A stretch of DNA of 64,000 nt from the IMG/VR virus record IMGVR_UViG_3300036770_005816, positions 69,215-133,214 of that record; one strand, 5' to 3'. Origin of the DNA: a virus. The position numbers and the translations under genes were made by a program. Positions 1-8,189 of this stretch are shown one piece after another. Positions within the stretch are counted from its first letter, which is position 1, and every line of letters starts with the position of its first letter. Below the pieces are notes generated by a model, which was given only the letters and a program-made list of their open reading frames with translations, was not told the DNA's origin and did not search any database.

Positions 1-122
1 CGTCACAGAGCAAGGGTCGTTAGCGAAGGCTGTCGCATACATAGCGAACCTAGACACAGGGAAGAACTAGCGACGGGTTGCTCACGGGTAGCACCCCTAC
101 TACCCGTGAGACTCACCTCTAA

Positions 123-290
123 TCAGACATACGCCTCATACTCGATGTGGAGTTGGTCGTCGTGGAGATACTTGACTACCTCAACGGCTTTCTGTCTCGC
201 CGTGTTGATGATGTCTGCTTCAGTCATGGTCTCAGTCGTATCCTCAACCTCGACTAGGAAGGTGACATAGCACTCGTAGAGAATCGTCAT
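123..290 (-). CDS. small hypothetical protein (55 aa, MTILYECYVTF...)
   Basis: ORF read manually; lies directly downstream of a cassette promoter and CTACTAG-hairpin-RBS leader. Confidence 0.6.
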   Translation of the reverse strand: MTILYECYVTFLVEVEDTTETMTEADIINTARQKAVEVVKYLHDDQLHIEYEAYV

Positions 291-367
291 TTCGTATTTC
301 CTCTCTCACCCTCACGGGTGGCTAGTAGTTGTGTATCAGTATTACGCACCGAAGTCATGAAGTGTGA
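291..367 (-). promoter_or_regulatory. repeated expression cassette: TCACAC-N12-GTGCGTAATA + ACTACTAG + hairpin + RBS
   Basis: reverse complement reads TCACACttcatgacttcgGTGCGTAATA...ACTACTAGcCACCCgtgaGGGTGagagagg...ATG. Confidence 0.75.
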
Positions 368-370
368 CGC

Positions 371-538
371 TCAGCAGTAGTCGCCGTCAGGCGGACAGCA
401 CTCGTGGCACTCAACCGACGCACCCTCAGGAATCGTGTTGGGGTCGAAGTTCACCCCCAACCAAGATTCGGCGATGTCGCAGAAGATTTCGCAGTCGTCG
501 TGAGAAACCTCACGCCCGCAAGAGTTACAAGTAAGCAT
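371..538 (-). CDS. small Cys-rich (zinc-ribbon-like) protein (55 aa, MLTCNSCG...)
   Basis: CxxC...CxxC; preceded by ACTACTAG-hairpin leader (555-578) and GTAACACCC...TAAGGT motif. Confidence 0.6.
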   Translation of the reverse strand: MLTCNSCGREVSHDDCEIFCDIAESWLGVNFDPNTIPEGASVECHECCPPDGDYC

Positions 539-611
539 TTCGTATCACCTCTCCCACCCGTTACGGGTGTCTAGTAGTTGCCGACTACCTTAGGGAAAGG
601 GTGTTACGGGG

Positions 612-1385
612 TTACTCGTAGTCAGCGTGAGAATCCAAGAACGAAAGCAACCGCTCAGCCGTCGTGTCACCGTCATACGCAGGCGCAGAACGCAACCACC
701 TGATGAAGTCGTACCACTTGCGTTGTTGCTCAGCAGACTCAAAGACAAGCGTGTACTGAACCACCGCCTTGGAGTTCGCACCACCAACCACCGTGCCACT
801 CCCCTGAACCACCGCCCTCGCAGTATCAGTCGAAGCAGGCGCAACCACCCCCGACCCCTCAGCAGTCTCAACCACAGTCAGAGGCGCAACGGGACTAGCG
901 GACTCGACAACGGGATTCGGATTCACAATCACGGGCGGAGTGTAGGTCGTGTCATCATCCGACACATAATCATCTTCCATCGAAGCGAACTCGAACTCAT
1001 CCCATCCGAGCGACTCGAACAAATCCGCATAATCATCAGCAGTCGTAATCATCTCGAACAGAAGGTTGCTATCCACCGTGCCAAGTTCAGTAGTACGGTT
1101 ATCAGCAAGAGCGAAAGCGACAGCACGGGAATCGTCGCCATCGAACTCGACGCACGCAACTTCCGACCAACCAAGCCGACGGCACGCCTCGACCTGATGA
1201 TTACCCGCAAGCACCGTGTAAGTCCCGTCACCGTTGCCACGCACCACGACGGGTTTCACTTGACCGAACTCCTTGTACGACGCCATAATCGCATCGACAT
1301 TTCCTTTACGGGGGTTGCCGTCGAGAGGAATCAACTTCTCAATCGGCATCGCCAAGTTCTTTATCGACTCGTGGATGTTGCTCAT
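612..1385 (-). CDS. ParB/Srx-like N-terminal domain protein
   Basis: NPRKG...SYKEFGQVKPVVV...VLAGNH...ACRRLGW...ALADNR is the ParB-N signature; acidic/low-complexity tail. Confidence 0.85.
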   Translation of the reverse strand: MSNIHESIKNLAMPIEKLIPLDGNPRKGNVDAIMASYKEFGQVKPVVVRGNGDGTYTVLAGNHQVEACRRLGWSEVACVEFDGDDSRAVAFALADNRTTELGTVDSNLLFEMITTADDYADLFESLGWDEFEFASMEDDYVSDDDTTYTPPVIVNPNPVVESASPVAPLTVVETAEGSGVVAPASTDTARAVVQGSGTVVGGANSKAVVQYTLVFESAEQQRKWYDFIRWLRSAPAYDGDTTAERLLSFLDSHADYE

Positions 1386-1741
1386 TGGTTCACCTGAACT
1401 CTCACATTTGCGTTTAGTGTTCGCAACGAATCCAACGCCGACCTCACGGACAGCAACTTCTCCCGTTTCGCTTTCACCAACGCCTCAGCAATCTTGTATC
1501 CGTACACCTCGTCGGACAGTTTGTAGTCAGCCCACGCTTCCCGCTCTTTTATAGACCCCTTCGCAGACAGATACTCTTTCGCCCAATTTGCTTTCATCAA
1601 CGCTTCTTTCTTGGCGCAGTCCACACTCAGCGTTTCGAACGCTTCGGTTTCCTCCTCCATTTGCGCCATCAAACGCATCATTTCACGCTCGATGTCCACC
1701 TGTGAAATCGGTTGTGTTCTCGTCACGACAGTCCCGTCCAA
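1382..1741 (-). CDS. hypothetical coiled-coil phage protein
   Basis: 119-aa helical ORF overlapping both neighbours in an operon. Confidence 0.7.
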   Translation of the reverse strand: MDGTVVTRTQPISQVDIEREMMRLMAQMEEETEAFETLSVDCAKKEALMKANWAKEYLSAKGSIKEREAWADYKLSDEVYGYKIAEALVKAKREKLLSVRSALDSLRTLNANVRVQVNQ

Positions 1742-2232
1742 TCAACTTTCTCCAACGCCGATAACTGTTGGGCAGACCAAGCGTATTCACTCGAACCGAG
1801 TTTCGCAATAAGCATCTGTTCGAGAATCCAAGCGTCACAACGGTCATCGCCATCTCCGCCACCCCACACAATGCCCGTCATCGCCGAGATAGCCGACACA
1901 ACTTCGGACTTTCCCGCATTTCCTTTCCCTGTTGCGAACTTCGCACGGCAAGTCGGGGGGATTTCGATGTACGGGATTCCCCTCTCGAACAAGGCGACCC
2001 TGACAACTCCGCCGAGTTCGCCAATCGAGTGCGCCTGAGAGTTGCGGGACATGTAAGAGTAGCCCTCCACTCCGACGACCTGTATGCGTTGCCCTTCACA
2101 GATGTTCATCACCCTGTCTCTGATTTCGACGAGACGCTCAGCACCACGGGTGGTTGGGCGGATACTTTCCGTGTTCCCGTTGTAGGAAACGCCCGTCGAA
2201 GTGAGCGACAAGTCGAGTCCGAGCGTGTTCAC
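1723..2232 (-). CDS. ruvC: RuvC-like Holliday junction resolvase
   Basis: LGLDLSLTSTG, VGVEGY, ELGGVVR, KFATGKGNAGK, DDRCDA: RNase H/RuvC catalytic D/E/D pattern. Confidence 0.85.
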   Translation of the reverse strand: MNTLGLDLSLTSTGVSYNGNTESIRPTTRGAERLVEIRDRVMNICEGQRIQVVGVEGYSYMSRNSQAHSIGELGGVVRVALFERGIPYIEIPPTCRAKFATGKGNAGKSEVVSAISAMTGIVWGGGDGDDRCDAWILEQMLIAKLGSSEYAWSAQQLSALEKVDWTGLS

Positions 2233-2310
2233 GAGGCAAACAATACAACAAAAAAGCGCGTGCCACCCGAAACCGAGTGGACACGCGCCTTATTGTGCGT
2301 GACAGCAGAT

Positions 2311-2691
2311 TTAGAGGTTCTTGCCTCTGTAAGCAATGGCGACAGTGAAACCCGTGCCTGCCGTGCCTGAGCCAACCTGGTCTACGTCAACGGTGATGAC
2401 ATCACCAGCAGCGAACGACTTGACTGCCGCTGCGCCGGCGGTTGCCGAGACAGCAGCCGCGGCAACGGTGGGGCGGTTCGCCTGCGTTGTGAAAATGGTA
2501 GTCCCGTTCTTGTTGACATCGAAAATCGCTGACGACCCTGCGGGTGCGCTGAGCACCGACACGGTTACACCGACGATGTGACCTGCGACGGGCATGCGAA
2601 CCCGCGCCTTACCTGTGCCTGTGGACAGGACTTCTTCGCTTGACAGTGTGACGATTCCCGCCAACTGCTTTCCGTTTCTCCATGTGCTCAT
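2311..2691 (-). CDS. hypothetical beta-rich protein, possible virion decoration protein
   Basis: Ala/Thr/Gly/Val-rich beta-sandwich-like sequence (FDVNKNGTTIF...AGDVITVDVDQVG); start chosen at MSTWRNG. Confidence 0.55.
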   Translation of the reverse strand: MSTWRNGKQLAGIVTLSSEEVLSTGTGKARVRMPVAGHIVGVTVSVLSAPAGSSAIFDVNKNGTTIFTTQANRPTVAAAAVSATAGAAAVKSFAAGDVITVDVDQVGSGTAGTGFTVAIAYRGKNL

Positions 2692-2758
2692 TGCTTTTCT
2701 CCCCCGCACGCCTCAGCGCACGAACTAATGGTTTATGTTACCTAACAGAATACCACAA

Positions 2759-3097
2759 TCAGCGTTCCCAACTTCTTTTTGCGAGACCCAACTCGAACGC
2801 TAACTGCGGGTTTTCCCCGATTCGCCGATGGCACGGGCGACAGACCGCAATACAATTCGTCTCATCTGTGATGCTTCCGCCTTGTGAGCGTCGTACCAAC
2901 TCGTGGATGTCCCGCGAAGGTCGTTTGACGAAGACTGCTTTCCCGTCGTAGCCCGCGAAGATTTGGCACGCTTCGCACCACGGGCGTTCTTTGAGGAGGC
3001 GGGCGACGAGCGGTTTCCTTTCTTCGTCATACACCTTCTGCCGTTTCTTTGACCGTTTGTTGAGCGGGGTGCGTTTGAGCGGTTTCCCGCGTTTCAC
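2759..3097 (-). CDS. HNH endonuclease
   Basis: CEAC...DIHELVRRSQGG...NCIAVCRPCH; GTG start overlaps upstream stop. Confidence 0.8.
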   Translation of the reverse strand: MKRGKPLKRTPLNKRSKKRQKVYDEERKPLVARLLKERPWCEACQIFAGYDGKAVFVKRPSRDIHELVRRSQGGSITDETNCIAVCRPCHRRIGENPQLAFELGLAKRSWER

Positions 3098-3420
3098 CCT
3101 CTGAGCCTTTGCCCGCATTTCAGACAAAACTCTGACCACGGGTACGATTTCCTGTGGGAGAGCGGATGTTGGCAGTTCACCAACTCGTTTGCTTTCCCGA
3201 CTGCGACTTCACGAACGAACTCCGACATCGATTTCCCTTCGTGTTCGGCAGCCTTCTTGATGAGTTCGTGGTCTTCTTTGCTTGCTCGAATCAAGATTTG
3301 GCTTTGCGCGGGTTCGCCTTCTTGTGTTCGCGGGACTTTCTTGCGAGACGGGGTGAGCGTTTCGGCGACTTTGCTCATCGCTTGTTCGAGGTTGCTTGGT
3401 TCTTTGTTCTCGTCATTCAT
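3094..3420 (-). CDS. ribbon-helix-helix-like DNA-binding protein with C-terminal zinc ribbon
   Basis: QILIRASKEDHELIKKAAEHEGKSMSEFVRE (RHH/DUF1778-like) plus CQH...CLKCG. Confidence 0.65.
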   Translation of the reverse strand: MNDENKEPSNLEQAMSKVAETLTPSRKKVPRTQEGEPAQSQILIRASKEDHELIKKAAEHEGKSMSEFVREVAVGKANELVNCQHPLSHRKSYPWSEFCLKCGQRLRG

Positions 3421-3842
3421 TGTTTGTCGCCTTTCGCCAAATACTCTTCTGCTTTTTGGACTGAATCTTTCAGGTTTTCCGACCATTGATGGTTGAGTTT
3501 GCTTGCCCACGGGGTGTGGAACCATTGCGGGAACTTCCCTGCGGCAGCCAGGTCCGATGAGAGTGGGTCGCGTTTGTTGAGTTCTTCGCTTGCTTGGATG
3601 GCGCGAGTAATCCATTCTTGCTGTTCTTTGACCCACGCGTTTGCTTGGTCTAGTTCTGCTTCTGTTGGGGAGTCGTCTAGTCCCGCCGATGCGAGGATGG
3701 ATTGGATGATGTTGTCGGGTGGCAGGAAGTCTTTGAGTTCGGGGTCTTCGAAGTCGAGTGTTGCGTCGCTTGTGGTGGCTATCACCAATTCCCTGATTTC
3801 TTGGGGGAGTTGGTTGGCGACTATTTGTGCGGTGATTTTCAC
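3417..3842 (-). CDS. hypothetical protein
   Basis: 141-aa ORF, stop overlaps next start. Confidence 0.6.
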   Translation of the reverse strand: MKITAQIVANQLPQEIRELVIATTSDATLDFEDPELKDFLPPDNIIQSILASAGLDDSPTEAELDQANAWVKEQQEWITRAIQASEELNKRDPLSSDLAAAGKFPQWFHTPWASKLNHQWSENLKDSVQKAEEYLAKGDKQ

Positions 3843-3922
3843 GAGACTAGATTAGTTGAGAGTTTGCTATCGCGATGCGACAGGTTGTGTTAGGTGAGCC
3901 TTACATGGTGACTTTTGTCCCC

Positions 3923-3951
3923 TTGACAAACCCCTTGTCACCTATTATGAT
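3923..3951 (+). promoter_or_regulatory. housekeeping sigma70/SigA-type promoter
   Basis: TTGACA-N17-TATGAT, 9 nt before ATG 3961 (near-leaderless). Confidence 0.75.
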
Positions 3952-3960
3952 GGTAGTTAG

Positions 3961-4710
3961 ATGAACACACTAACCTACATACCAAACCTAGATAACACGA
4001 AAACCGATACACAGCGCGTGCTATTCGCAGGCGACATACACGGCGAAATCGGACACGCAAAGTTCGTGTTCGCGGAAGCAAAGCGTCAGAACGCTACCCA
4101 CATCATCGCATGTGGCGACTTCGGCTATTGGGTACACATGCCCAAAGGCGAAAAGTTCGTAAATCAAGTTGCTGAACTCGCAGAAAAAAACCAAATCAAG
4201 TTCCTGTGGGTAGACGGCAACCACGAAAACCACGACCTGCTCAACGACCTCGTAGACATCTACGGAGACTCAGAACCGATTGACACACCAAACGAATGGT
4301 GTCAATGGATACCTCGCGGATGTCGTTTCGTCATCGGAGACACCGAGTTCATGGGCTACGGAGGCGCGTACAGCGTCGATTGGCTACACCGCGTGGAAGG
4401 CGTTTCATGGTGGAGAGGCGAACTCATCAACCCGTACCACATCGACCAACTCCCCGACGGCAAAGTGGACATCCTCATCACGCACGAAGCACCGTTCGGT
4501 CAGGCAATCTCCTACAAAGATGACATCCCCGTAAGCGTCGCGCAACGCGCGCTTGTATCAGAACTCGTACAACGGTTCTCACCGAAGCGAGTCATCTGCG
4601 GTCACCACCACACGCGCGAAACTTGGAAAGACGAAAACGGCATCACAACCGTAGATGTCTTGGGTCGCGACGGAATGGGCAAAGAAAGCGTCTTGGTGCT
4701 AGATGTCTGA
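3961..4710 (+). CDS. calcineurin-like metallophosphoesterase
   Basis: GDIHG, CGDFG, DGNHEN, ITHEAP, CGHHH motifs. Confidence 0.9.
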   Translation: MNTLTYIPNLDNTKTDTQRVLFAGDIHGEIGHAKFVFAEAKRQNATHIIACGDFGYWVHMPKGEKFVNQVAELAEKNQIKFLWVDGNHENHDLLNDLVDIYGDSEPIDTPNEWCQWIPRGCRFVIGDTEFMGYGGAYSVDWLHRVEGVSWWRGELINPYHIDQLPDGKVDILITHEAPFGQAISYKDDIPVSVAQRALVSELVQRFSPKRVICGHHHTRETWKDENGITTVDVLGRDGMGKESVLVLDV

Positions 4711-5011
4711 CATCATCCACGACGACTTCATTGACGAACGCGACTTCGTACAATCGTTTGACGAGTTCAGCGAACAAATCGAAGCATCGTACGCAAACAC
4801 ACCACTAGTCGGCATCGTCAGATACGCACCAAACCACGGAGGGTTCGCAATCTACGGACCATTCGCAGACGGCAAAGAAGCGATGCGTTGGATGCGACAA
4901 GTCGCGTCTCGCGTACGGGTGGAGTTCGTACCGTTGGAAGACCCATCGGTGAACCGCACATACAACGATTTCTACGACCCAAAACAAAGCAAACGATACG
5001 GAGGAAAATAA
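4703..5011 (+). CDS. hypothetical protein
   Basis: 102-aa ORF in operon. Confidence 0.6.
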   Translation: MSDIIHDDFIDERDFVQSFDEFSEQIEASYANTPLVGIVRYAPNHGGFAIYGPFADGKEAMRWMRQVASRVRVEFVPLEDPSVNRTYNDFYDPKQSKRYGGK

Positions 5012-5409
5012 TGAACAATCAAGCAGTAGTAGTACGAACCGACGGAAGCATCAACTTCATTCCGCTCAACGACAGCGAAGCAATCCGTCGCGAGGTCGGC
5101 GGGTGGTTTGATGTCGCACGCGAAAGCAACGGGTACAACCTCCGTGCGTATGTAAACGACACGGGCATCATCGACAAACTAGAACCAAACGCAATCGTCT
5201 CAATGCTCTTCGGCATCATCCTGTGTGGTGATGCGGTCATCGTATCCAACGACGAAGAAGGCTACGACACCGCACCACCAGACAGTTTCTTCACGGAAGA
5301 TTTCGCGGAACAAGCACGCGAAATGAACGGAAATCTCCCCCTACGGATAAACCTTTCCGACCTCCGCGACAAAATCGCGAAGCAACCGTTCGAAATCAGA
5401 ACCCTCTAA
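5011..5409 (+). CDS. DUF3846-like protein
   Basis: IRREVGGWFD...YVNDTG...LEPN...LCGDAVIV; TAATG coupling and GGAGG RBS. Confidence 0.65.
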   Translation: MNNQAVVVRTDGSINFIPLNDSEAIRREVGGWFDVARESNGYNLRAYVNDTGIIDKLEPNAIVSMLFGIILCGDAVIVSNDEEGYDTAPPDSFFTEDFAEQAREMNGNLPLRINLSDLRDKIAKQPFEIRTL

Positions 5410-5868
5410 TCAGAAAGGTTCTTCGGTCTCCTCAACGAGAGCAGGCTGAGCCTTCTTCGCAGGCGCAGATGAACGCGTCGCCGTACGAGCAGGCGGGACT
5501 GAACCGTTAGCCGACTTCTCTTTCTTGTTGTACGAATCGACTCCGTACACGGAAAGACCGATGTTGTCGGCGAGAACCTCGACGGTCGAACGCTTGTTGC
5601 CTTCCTTGTCTTCCCATGAACGCTGTTCCAAACGACCCGTGATGACGACTTTGCTTCCCTTCGAGAGGACATTCCCGCCGTCTTCGGCGAGAGTGCGCCA
5701 CGCAACAATGTTGAAGAACGAAGTCTTCTCCTGCTTCTCACCTGCTTGGTCTGTCCAATAATGGTTACAGGCGATGCTGAAACTGAGTTTCGCTGCTCCG
5801 CTGGAAAGGTATTCCAACTTTGGGTCGGCGGTGAGATTGCCGACGAGGGTTACGGGTGATGCTGACAC
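5410..5868 (-). CDS. ssb: single-stranded DNA-binding protein
   Basis: VTLVGNLTADP...FFNIVAW...KGSKVVITGRLEQRSWEDKEG; acidic C-terminus ending EEPF. Confidence 0.95.
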   Translation of the reverse strand: MSASPVTLVGNLTADPKLEYLSSGAAKLSFSIACNHYWTDQAGEKQEKTSFFNIVAWRTLAEDGGNVLSKGSKVVITGRLEQRSWEDKEGNKRSTVEVLADNIGLSVYGVDSYNKKEKSANGSVPPARTATRSSAPAKKAQPALVEETEEPF

Positions 5869-5953
5869 TTCGGTTCCTCCTAGTGTGATGTAGTCCCGCC
5901 TATCGGAACTAACGAGGCAACACTAGCAGGGAACCAGCACACACGCAACTAGG

Positions 5954-6235
5954 ATGGCGCACATGGCAAAGACGAACGAAGAAACTCGCTTGGAAATCCA
6001 CGAAATAATCACCGAAATCTTGGTCACCTTGGCGGTTGATGACGAAACCACAGACGAAGAGGTTGCGGTGTTCGAGGAAGAAATGGGAAACATCGCTTCG
6101 CTTGTTCTCGACTCGCTGAACTTCTCGGTCACTTCGGTCGAGGTAGATGACAACGGGACTACGAACTTGGTTGCCTCGCTGTCCTATGAGGATGGCGACC
6201 CGATTAGCGAGGAAGAACTCAGCGAACTCGGTTGA
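5954..6235 (+). CDS. acidic hypothetical protein
   Basis: 93-aa very acidic ORF. Confidence 0.55.
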   Translation: MAHMAKTNEETRLEIHEIITEILVTLAVDDETTDEEVAVFEEEMGNIASLVLDSLNFSVTSVEVDDNGTTNLVASLSYEDGDPISEEELSELG

Positions 6236-6238
6236 GTT

Positions 6239-6709
6239 TCACCAAAACTTGCGTCGCTTCTTGCGGGTTGGGTGCTTGTCTTGTAGCACTTCGTTCACGG
6301 CTTTCTTGGCGTAGAACTGTGAGAGTTTGTACACCTCGTAGTGGAGTTCCCGTACTGCGTCGGTGTTCCTGACCTTCCCCCACATTTCGGGGTCGTAGCC
6401 GTCAAAGACCTTGAAGAACATTTCTTCCACATCCGACTCGGAGAGAACGATTTCCAAATCCCATCCGTGGCGTCGCTGTACATAGTTCATGATGAAATCG
6501 CTGACTTCTTCGTCGTCGTCGAACTGCTCGTACAGTTCATCCAAATAGTCCCGCACTCTGCGGTTCATGTCGTCTTCTTTCTCTATGTGTTGTGCGATGA
6601 ACTTCGAGAGTTCTTCGATGATGTTGCGTGGCACTTCCAACTCGGGGAGAGGTACGACGATTGGTTCTTCTTCGTCCAACCCGAAATCTTGTTCTTCACC
6701 GTTTTCCAC
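6239..6709 (-). CDS. hypothetical protein
   Basis: C-terminal part of the 284-aa track ORF; GTG start chosen just downstream of the DUF932 stop. Confidence 0.6.
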   Translation of the reverse strand: MENGEEQDFGLDEEEPIVVPLPELEVPRNIIEELSKFIAQHIEKEDDMNRRVRDYLDELYEQFDDDEEVSDFIMNYVQRRHGWDLEIVLSESDVEEMFFKVFDGYDPEMWGKVRNTDAVRELHYEVYKLSQFYAKKAVNEVLQDKHPTRKKRRKFW

Positions 6710-6732
6710 AAGAAAATGGTACCACTTGGTGA

Positions 6733-7758
6733 TTACACCAACGAAAGGACAGCCTTTTGAGCGGTAATCTTTCGCTTGGTCACCCACGAGTTTTCGTCGA
6801 TGGATGCCAATGCTCGTTCGGTTGATGTTGCGCTTCGATGATGGTCGAGGTATTCGACAATCGTGTTGTAGATAGACCAACCGTTGAACCCGTAGCCTCC
6901 TGCGTTGCGCTGGTTTGCGTACAAAGCGCGGATAGTCCCGTTGATTTCTTCCCAATTCCTTCGAACGCGGTCGCCGTCGTCGACGCTTGGTGGTGTGAAC
7001 ACAGCCTCGATAACTTTGTCGACCTTGTTGCTCGATTGGGGTACTGCGATTCCGAGCATTGTTTCTGCTTCTTTGCGGAAATGGGTTGCCCATTCGGTGG
7101 AGATGTGGAGTGCTTCTTGTGCGGTTTTCAGGTACTCGTCCACATTGCGTGTGTGGCGTGCGGTGAAAACTCGTTCCGCTTGCTTGAGTCCGAGCATCAC
7201 GGTGTTTTGGCAGACCGCGCGAACATCGGTGTTTGCGTACCGAATCGGCCAGAGTCCGTCGTGTCCGTGGGAGACGACCAAGTAGCGGGCAATCTTGTCG
7301 TTCACGCCCGTCGGGTCGATGATGAGAGTCCCGAGGTCAATCGTGGAGAAGAATCGTGCGCCCCTTTTCAGAACTCCGCAGGTGTCGATGATGGCGTCGC
7401 CTGATGACGCGCCGACGACCGCGAGTGCGCGTTCCAATACTTCGCGGTTTTGTCGGACATCGTAACGAGTTCCGACGGTTGAGAGTGCGTCAAATGTGCC
7501 GTTTTCGTTCACTCGTACGGTTGCTCGGCTATCGTCCACGATGACGGGTGTGCCGTCGGCGTTGAGGATTGGGTTGCCGTCGTCATCTGCGACGATAACT
7601 TTCGTCAAAATGACCTGATAGTCGGCTTGGGCTGCTTCGAGCATCTCGTCAATGGTCGAGAGTCCCGTCATACGTTTGCCGAGTTTGTGCCACGGGGTTT
7701 CCCCTGCGAAAGCGAACTTTGCGGTTCCGTCGTTGCTGATTTCTATGTTGTGTGCCAT
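6733..7758 (-). CDS. DUF932 family phage/plasmid protein
   Basis: MAHNIE...PWHKLG...RYDVRQN...SHGHDG...RAVCQNT...RHT...GWSIYNTIVEYLDH is typical of DUF932. Confidence 0.85.
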   Translation of the reverse strand: MAHNIEISNDGTAKFAFAGETPWHKLGKRMTGLSTIDEMLEAAQADYQVILTKVIVADDDGNPILNADGTPVIVDDSRATVRVNENGTFDALSTVGTRYDVRQNREVLERALAVVGASSGDAIIDTCGVLKRGARFFSTIDLGTLIIDPTGVNDKIARYLVVSHGHDGLWPIRYANTDVRAVCQNTVMLGLKQAERVFTARHTRNVDEYLKTAQEALHISTEWATHFRKEAETMLGIAVPQSSNKVDKVIEAVFTPPSVDDGDRVRRNWEEINGTIRALYANQRNAGGYGFNGWSIYNTIVEYLDHHRSATSTERALASIDENSWVTKRKITAQKAVLSLV

Positions 7759-7860
7759 AACCCCATAATAGTCGGTTCTCACTAAATAGCAACCCCCGAA
7801 ATAATGCCCCCGTAAATAAACCGCAGGTCTTGGGCGGGTCTAGGTGGCAGGTTTCCGCGC

Positions 7861-7934
7861 TTGACAACCGTACTACAACCGTGCGTAGTATGGGTAGTAC
7901 CTACTAGCCCCTTCGGGGAGAAAGGAGAAAAACC
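7861..7934 (+). promoter_or_regulatory. expression cassette (promoter + CTACTAG-hairpin-RBS)
   Basis: TTGACAA-N13-GTGCGTAGTA...CTACTAG CCCC-TTC-GGGG AGAAAGGAG. Confidence 0.7.
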
Positions 7935-8132
7935 GTGGCTAACGGCACCGTAGACCGTGGCAGGCTCGTCCTGTCGCGCGAGCAATGGGCGGAAATCCAT
8001 GCGCTGAGGTATGACGCTCGCGCGTACTACTTCCGTCGCGTGCGTCTCGACGGCTGGTCGCACGACGACGCGATGAACTCCATCGCGCGCATCGAGCGGA
8101 ACGAGCGTGGCACCATCAACCTGATGTGGTGA
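7935..8132 (+). CDS. small hypothetical protein (stand-alone cassette gene)
   Basis: own promoter/leader and downstream hairpin; sits opposite to the flanking operon. Confidence 0.7.
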   Translation: MANGTVDRGRLVLSREQWAEIHALRYDARAYYFRRVRLDGWSHDDAMNSIARIERNERGTINLMW

Positions 8133-8142
8133 CCGCCTGACC

Positions 8143-8189
8143 CTAAACCCCCGTCTGCGTGCCTCTTGGCGCGTATGGCGGGGGTTTAG
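8143..8189. terminator. hairpin between convergent genes (likely bidirectional terminator)
   Basis: CTAAACCCCCGTC...GGCGGGGGTTTAG inverted repeat. Confidence 0.65.

Noticed and set aside
627-1397. 256-aa + strand ORF and similar long shadow ORFs (42007..42747, 57552..58232, 35207..35902, 25425..25943)
   Set aside because: These are antisense or alternate-frame shadows of well-supported genes, with low-complexity translations and no RBS.
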